The position numbers and the translations under genes are program-made. The notes beneath the pieces are model-generated. The model was not told the DNA's origin and searched no databases. It saw only the letters and a list, made by a program, of their open reading frames with translations. DNA of 64,000 nt from Bacillota bacterium (GTDB lineage Bacteria; Bacillota; Ch66; Ch109). Shown here in pieces: positions 58,977 to 64,000 of the stretch (position 1 is the stretch's first letter; each line of letters opens with the position of its first letter). The stretch is from positions 10,293-74,292 of the forward strand of contig JBMNLH010000008.1 of assembly GCA_050952625.1 (NCBI GenBank), read 5' to 3'.

Positions 58977-60041
58977 CTACTCTGAAGTATTGGGTGTTGA
59001 TTGGGCCGCCTCATCTTGGGGAGCAGCCGGTTCCTGGTTTACTGGAGAAGAATCCGCCGGCTGATTAACTGGTGTAGGAACCGGCAGTTCCTCTTTATCG
59101 ATCTTGGCCTGCTGCCGCAGTTCTTCAACATATTGCTCAAACTTTTCACTTTCTCTCGAAGCTCGCAATTCCTCGGCAATAGAAGCTTTAACCTCCTCAA
59201 AAGACTGTTGATGAGACTCTTTCTGTTCCTCTACCTTAATAATATGGTAACCATATTCTGTTTTTATCGGAGCCGAGATTTCTCCTACTTTAAGTTTAAA
59301 CGCAGCATCTTTGAATTCTGGAACAAACGAAGCATCTTCTGCGAAAAAGCCAAGGTCCCCCTGGTTTTGTTTGGCTGATGGATCTATGGACTTATCTAGA
59401 GCTAACTGAGCGAAATCCGCCCCGGCTTTCAATTCGTTGAGAATTGTTTTAGCCTCTTCTTCTGTGGCGACCAGGATATGCCGGGCACGAATTTGCATTG
59501 GCACAAGGTACTGTGACTGGTTTTCCTGATAATATTTTTGAATTTCCTCATCAGTGACTGTTTGACCCGCTACGATCTGTTGGTACAGTTTTTCAACAAT
59601 GATCTGCTTCTCTACTTCTGCCTGGTATTCTTTCTCAGACATTTTGATCTGGTTCTTTAAAATTTCTAAATAAGCCTGTTCTCCGCCAACCGCCAGTTTA
59701 TCCTGATCAATCCGCGCTTGAACCTCTTCTTTGGTGGCCTCAATCTTATTTTTTCTAGCCTCTTGCATCAGAATATGCTCAGTTACTAGTTGATCCAAAA
59801 CAATTTCCTGGATATTTTTGAGCAAATCTGCCCCGCTCTCATCACTAAAATTAATCCCATAGTTTGTTTCATAATACCGTTGAACAGTCCCCATCCGCTG
59901 GTCAAACTCGCTTTTTGAAATCGCCTCGCCGTTTACCGTGGCTACTTTCTTTTCGCCGCAGCCGACAGCCAGCAAACTAACTGACAACAGCAGGACGACC
60001 GCCAAAATCGCTTTTTTCCACCCTGCCCTTTTAATATTCAT
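58977..60041 (-). CDS. prsA: PrsA-like parvulin foldase lipoprotein
   Basis: Lipobox AVGC; ARHILV, GDLG, GYHIIK. Confidence 0.92.
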   Translation of the reverse strand: MNIKRAGWKKAILAVVLLLSVSLLAVGCGEKKVATVNGEAISKSEFDQRMGTVQRYYETNYGINFSDESGADLLKNIQEIVLDQLVTEHILMQEARKNKIEATKEEVQARIDQDKLAVGGEQAYLEILKNQIKMSEKEYQAEVEKQIIVEKLYQQIVAGQTVTDEEIQKYYQENQSQYLVPMQIRARHILVATEEEAKTILNELKAGADFAQLALDKSIDPSAKQNQGDLGFFAEDASFVPEFKDAAFKLKVGEISAPIKTEYGYHIIKVEEQKESHQQSFEEVKASIAEELRASRESEKFEQYVEELRQQAKIDKEELPVPTPVNQPADSSPVNQEPAAPQDEAAQSTPNTSE

Positions 60042-60133
60042 CAGATATGTCTCCTTTCTCCCAAGTACAAGCCCGGACCATTATACCAGAAGCCATTCGG
60101 TTTCCATACCCCCATTTTGGATATTAGATATTA

Positions 60134-60223
60134 CAGCCACGGGGACGGTTCTTGTGGCTGGTTGAGGACCCTCTTTGAAACATCAGCCACTTTTGCCAGC
60201 CACAAGAACCGTCCCCGTGGCTG
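60134..60223. repeat. 28-bp perfect inverted REP-like pair
   Basis: CAGCCACGGGGACGGTTCTTGTGGCTGG (60134-60161) and its reverse complement (60196-60223). Confidence 0.85.
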
Positions 60224-63200
60224 CGCCGGCCTCCCGCAGCAGGGCTTCCAGAACCGCCACCAATTCTCCTGAATCCAGGGCACGGGTACGAATCAAAAAA
60301 TCGCCCCCATCCAAGAGGGTGATTGCCCGAGCCTGTTTGCCCAGCCGGCGGGTTAAACGAGCCAAGTTATCCGCTGGCCAAATAAACGGGCGATTAAACC
60401 GAACGCGCAACTGTTCTCCTTGCTGCTGCAGACTCCCGACTTGGGCCTGGTGAGCCAAAAGACGAAGACGGGTGATCCCAATTAAATTCTCTAAAGCTTC
60501 TGGCAGCTGGCCAAACCGATCTCGAATCTCTGCCTCCACCTCATCCAGGTCCTCCAGGGTATGGGCGCCCGCCAATTTTTTGTAGATCTCGACCTTCAAA
60601 CGGGGATCGCTGAGGTATTCGTCTGGAATATAGGTATCCACCGGCAATTCCACTACTGGTAAAGCCGGCCGCTCCACTTTCGGGCCGTTCCGAATTTCCT
60701 GAATGCTTTCTTCTAACAGGCGGCAGTACATATCAAATCCGACCGCCGCCATATGTCCGTGTTGTTCCGCCCCTAATAAATTACCTGCTCCGCGTATTTC
60801 CAGGTCGCGTAAGGCAATTTTAAAACCGGAACCAAATTCGGTAAATTCGCGGATGGCCTGCAGCCTTTTAGCCGCTGCTTCAGTGAGCACCTTATCCTTG
60901 CGGTAAGTTAAATAGGCATAGGCTAAGCGGTTGGACCGGCCAACTCGCCCCCGCAGCTGATAAAGCTGGGCCAGACCCAAGTGATCGGCATTCTGGACGA
61001 TTAAGGTATTTACATTGGGAATGTCCAACCCTGATTCGACAATCGAAGTGCTGACCAGGACATCATAATCCCCTTCGACAAAGCCCACCATCACTTTCTC
61101 TAAATGATCCTCTTTCATTTGACCATGGGCAATGGCGATACGGGCTTCTGGTACCAGTTCCTGAACTTGGCGGGCCACTGCCCGTAAATCATAGATCCGA
61201 TTATGCACGTAGAAGACCTGGCCGCCGCGCCGGAGCTCTCTTCTGATCGCCTCCCGCACTAATTCCGGGCTGTACTCGACGACATAGGTTTGGACCGGAT
61301 AGCGGTCCTCCGGCGGCGTCTCGATCAGGCTCATATCTCTAGCCCCAGCCAGGGCCATGTGTAAGGTACGCGGAATAGGTGTCGCAGTCAGGGTTAAAAC
61401 ATCAACGTTTTGCCGCAATTGTTTCAAGCGTTCTTTGTGCGCAACCCCAAAACGTTGTTCCTCATCAACTATTAACAGGCCTAGATCGCGAAAAGAAACA
61501 TCGCCAGACAACATCCGGTGGGTCCCGATTAAGATATCAACCTGGCCTAAGGCGGTCCGGGCCAAGATTTGTTTCTGTTCCCGGGCCGTCTTGAAACGAC
61601 TGATTACCTCGACAGTGACCGGGTAGCCCTTTAAACGTTCCTGAAAAGTATGGTAGTGCTGCTGCGCCAGGACCGTCGTCGGCACTAGAACCGCCACCTG
61701 CTTGCTGTCCATGACCGCCTTAAACGCGGCACGCAGGGCTACTTCTGTCTTGCCGTAGCCGACATCGCCACAAAGCAATCGATCCATTGGCTTGGGGCTG
61801 CTCATATCCTGTTTGATTTCTTCAAGCGACTGCAATTGATCCGCCGTCTCTTCATAAGGAAAAGCCGCTTCAAATTCATGTTGCCAGACAGTATCCGGGG
61901 AAAAAGCGTAACCGGGCGAACTCTCCCGGGCGGCGTATAGTTCAATTAGCTCCTGAGCGATATCTTTGACGGATTGTTTGACCCGGGCCTTGACGCGATT
62001 CCATTCCGAACCACCGATTTTGTTTAGCTTAGGGGCATGCCCTTCAGCCCCGATGTATTTCTGCAACAGCTGGACCTGGTCAGTGGGGACATACAGCCGA
62101 TCCTCACCGGCATACTGGATGAGCAGATAATCCTTTTGCACCCCGGCCACGGTCAGCCGCTCGACCCCTTTATACCGTCCTATTCCATGGGTCGCATGAA
62201 CCACGTAATCGCCAGCTTTGAGGTCGGTAAATGTCTCCAGCTGATTGCCCCTCGTTTTGGACCGACGCTTGGCGGTCTGAGGCCGGCGAGATTGACCAAA
62301 CAAATCAGTCTCCGTTATCACCACCAGGTGGCCCTGGGTTAGCTCGAAACCGTTGGTTAATTCTCCCGGCAAAATGATTACTTGGCCGGCTGCCAATTGG
62401 TCTGTTGGGTTAACGATGGCAATAATGTTATAATCAAGTAACGCTTGGCGCAACTGTTCCCCTTGCTTAATATCCGACACAATGATCGCGACCAGGTTGC
62501 GCGCCTTTTGCCACTGCCTCAATTCGGCGGTGGCTGAATCAACCTGTCCCATAAAACGAGGCACCGTACGCCCAGATAGACTCAGACTATTGTTTAAGTG
62601 CCAGGGAAGACCGCGCAGGGGAAGGAGAGAGAGGGCTAGAGTCTGCCGGGCGGCCAGTTGGCTGCTTAGAAAATCCCGGGTAACCAGATTGTTTTCCTGA
62701 CCCGGAAAAAACTTGCCATCTTCTAGCAGACTAGCCCCAAGCTGCAGAAACTCCTGCTGGCAGCCCTCTAGTTCCTGCTGGATTAATTGCGGTTCATCCA
62801 GAATGACTAGAGCCTGGTCCGGCAAATAATCCAGCAAGGTAGTTGCCTGAGGGTATAAAAAACTAACGAGTGCCTCCATCCCTTCGCTAAGCCCACCGAC
62901 GTCAATTCGTTCCCGCCACGTCTCCAAACGGGACCGCACTTCTCGGGAGGCCTTCGTTTTTCCCTCCTTCGCCAAACGTTCAATGACCGAGGTTATCGCT
63001 TTTTCCAGTCGTTGTATGCCTTTTTTGGCCACGGTCGCATTGGCAATTACCTCCCGCGCCGGACCAACCATTATCTGCTGCCGGATTTCTTGCGAGCGTT
63101 GAGACAATGGGTCAAACTGGCGAATTGATTCGATTTCGTCATCAAACAGTTCTATCCGGAAAGGGTTGGGTTCTGTTAAAGGAAAGAAATCAATGATTCC

Positions 63201-63734
63201 CCCCCGCGTGCTGAACTGGCCGGGTGCTTCGACTAACTCTGCCCGCTCATAGCCGACTTGAACCATAAATTCCAAGAATTCCTTGAGCGAGAGCTGTTCG
63301 CCAACTTTTATTAACCAGTGAGAACGTTGCCAATCTTCCAGGGGGATAAGACGCCGGAGCAAAGCTCGAACCGGGGCAACTATCACCCCAAAATCTCCTT
63401 GCGGCATCCTTTCCAGGACCTGTAGTCTTTGCGCGGCTAATTCAGGGCTCCGAGCGGTAACCTCGAAAGATAACAATTCCTCATCCGGGAAAAATAGGGT
63501 TCGTTCGGCAGTCAGAAAACCCTGACAATCACTCATCAATTTATGGCCCGTTTCCGTAGAAGGGGTAATTATCAGTAATGGTCTCGCTAAAAATCTATCT
63601 AAACCGGCCAGCAAAAAGGCCTTCATTGACCCGCTAACTCCACTAACGCCTTGGGCTGTTAACCCGCGCCTAAGGCCGTCCAATAACAGCTTGACATTGG
63701 GATCGTTGTCTAAGAATTCTAATAACCGTCTGAT
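60183..63734 (-). CDS. mfd: transcription-repair coupling factor (start ATC 63734 or TTG 63683)
   Basis: GDVGYGKTEV, DEEQRFG, TATPIPRT, QLRGRVGR, RDLEIRGAG. Confidence 0.98.
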   Translation of the reverse strand: MRRLLEFLDNDPNVKLLLDGLRRGLTAQGVSGVSGSMKAFLLAGLDRFLARPLLIITPSTETGHKLMSDCQGFLTAERTLFFPDEELLSFEVTARSPELAAQRLQVLERMPQGDFGVIVAPVRALLRRLIPLEDWQRSHWLIKVGEQLSLKEFLEFMVQVGYERAELVEAPGQFSTRGGIIDFFPLTEPNPFRIELFDDEIESIRQFDPLSQRSQEIRQQIMVGPAREVIANATVAKKGIQRLEKAITSVIERLAKEGKTKASREVRSRLETWRERIDVGGLSEGMEALVSFLYPQATTLLDYLPDQALVILDEPQLIQQELEGCQQEFLQLGASLLEDGKFFPGQENNLVTRDFLSSQLAARQTLALSLLPLRGLPWHLNNSLSLSGRTVPRFMGQVDSATAELRQWQKARNLVAIIVSDIKQGEQLRQALLDYNIIAIVNPTDQLAAGQVIILPGELTNGFELTQGHLVVITETDLFGQSRRPQTAKRRSKTRGNQLETFTDLKAGDYVVHATHGIGRYKGVERLTVAGVQKDYLLIQYAGEDRLYVPTDQVQLLQKYIGAEGHAPKLNKIGGSEWNRVKARVKQSVKDIAQELIELYAARESSPGYAFSPDTVWQHEFEAAFPYEETADQLQSLEEIKQDMSSPKPMDRLLCGDVGYGKTEVALRAAFKAVMDSKQVAVLVPTTVLAQQHYHTFQERLKGYPVTVEVISRFKTAREQKQILARTALGQVDILIGTHRMLSGDVSFRDLGLLIVDEEQRFGVAHKERLKQLRQNVDVLTLTATPIPRTLHMALAGARDMSLIETPPEDRYPVQTYVVEYSPELVREAIRRELRRGGQVFYVHNRIYDLRAVARQVQELVPEARIAIAHGQMKEDHLEKVMVGFVEGDYDVLVSTSIVESGLDIPNVNTLIVQNADHLGLAQLYQLRGRVGRSNRLAYAYLTYRKDKVLTEAAAKRLQAIREFTEFGSGFKIALRDLEIRGAGNLLGAEQHGHMAAVGFDMYCRLLEESIQEIRNGPKVERPALPVVELPVDTYIPDEYLSDPRLKVEIYKKLAGAHTLEDLDEVEAEIRDRFGQLPEALENLIGITRLRLLAHQAQVGSLQQQGEQLRVRFNRPFIWPADNLARLTRRLGKQARAITLLDGGDFLIRTRALDSGELVAVLEALLREAGAATGTVLVAGKSG

Positions 63735-63879
63735 GCTATTTTCCCTCCCCTCTTATCCTGGCTTCCCCTCATGTCCAAATAATAATTACGCTTTTGATAG
63801 CGTAGAGCATAAAGCTTTAGCGATTGATGCTCGTAATGAGGCTCGCGTTATAACTCAGTCAGCAGTTATTATTCTCACT

Positions 63880-63995
63880 AGCGTGCTGCTTAGCGAAGTT
63901 GATGGGCGACTTGGTCAAGGCCCCTGGTGGAGCCATTATTCTCCGAGCGTGCTGCTTAGCGAAGTTGATGGGCGACTTGGTCAAGGCCCCTGGTG
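63880..63995. repeat. 50-bp direct repeat, 66-bp period (may continue beyond the window)
   Basis: AGCGTGCTGCTTAGCGAAGTTGATGGGCGACTTGGTCAAGGCCCCTGGTG at 63880 and 63946. Confidence 0.9.
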
Positions 63996-64000
63996 CTACT

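Noticed and set aside
63880-63995. CRISPR array
   Set aside because: The repeat (50 bp) is too long and the spacer (16 bp) too short and partly conserved; only two units and no cas genes
1-64000. tRNA or rRNA genes
   Set aside because: None recognised by eye; tRNAscan-SE or barrnap would be needed to exclude them

Overview
The window comes from a spore-forming anaerobic Bacillota (Clostridia-like) chromosome and is mostly minus-strand. Right end (50.2-64 kb): the conserved mfd-prsA-spoVT-yabM-yabN-hup-yabO/P/Q-divIC-yabR-ppx block. Middle (32-50 kb): an H2/formate island with hypAB, a Tat-exported [NiFe] hydrogenase with cytochrome b and protease, hypFCDE, a trimeric selenocysteine NAD-linked formate dehydrogenase and a formate channel. 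A Moco-type riboswitch with a terminator sits unexpectedly upstream of hypAB. From 18 to 32 kb: an ars cluster, a decaying biotin ECF cassette, a truncated Mo/W ABC ATPase, mop, and an Orp-like NifB/NifX-ATPase cluster with a duplicated palindromic operator. Left end (0-17 kb): an IS-rich region (IS66, two IS256, IS3, IS1634) with defence-like remnants and envelope genes. Most striking: three IS elements of two different copy-out-paste-in families each carry a homologous ~125-160 nt hairpin with sigmaA-like -35/-10 boxes, one with a near-perfect RS_B motif, resembling a rolling-circle plasmid single-strand origin (ssoA). Several dispersed MITE/REP-like families are also present. All calls were made by eye, without database searches.
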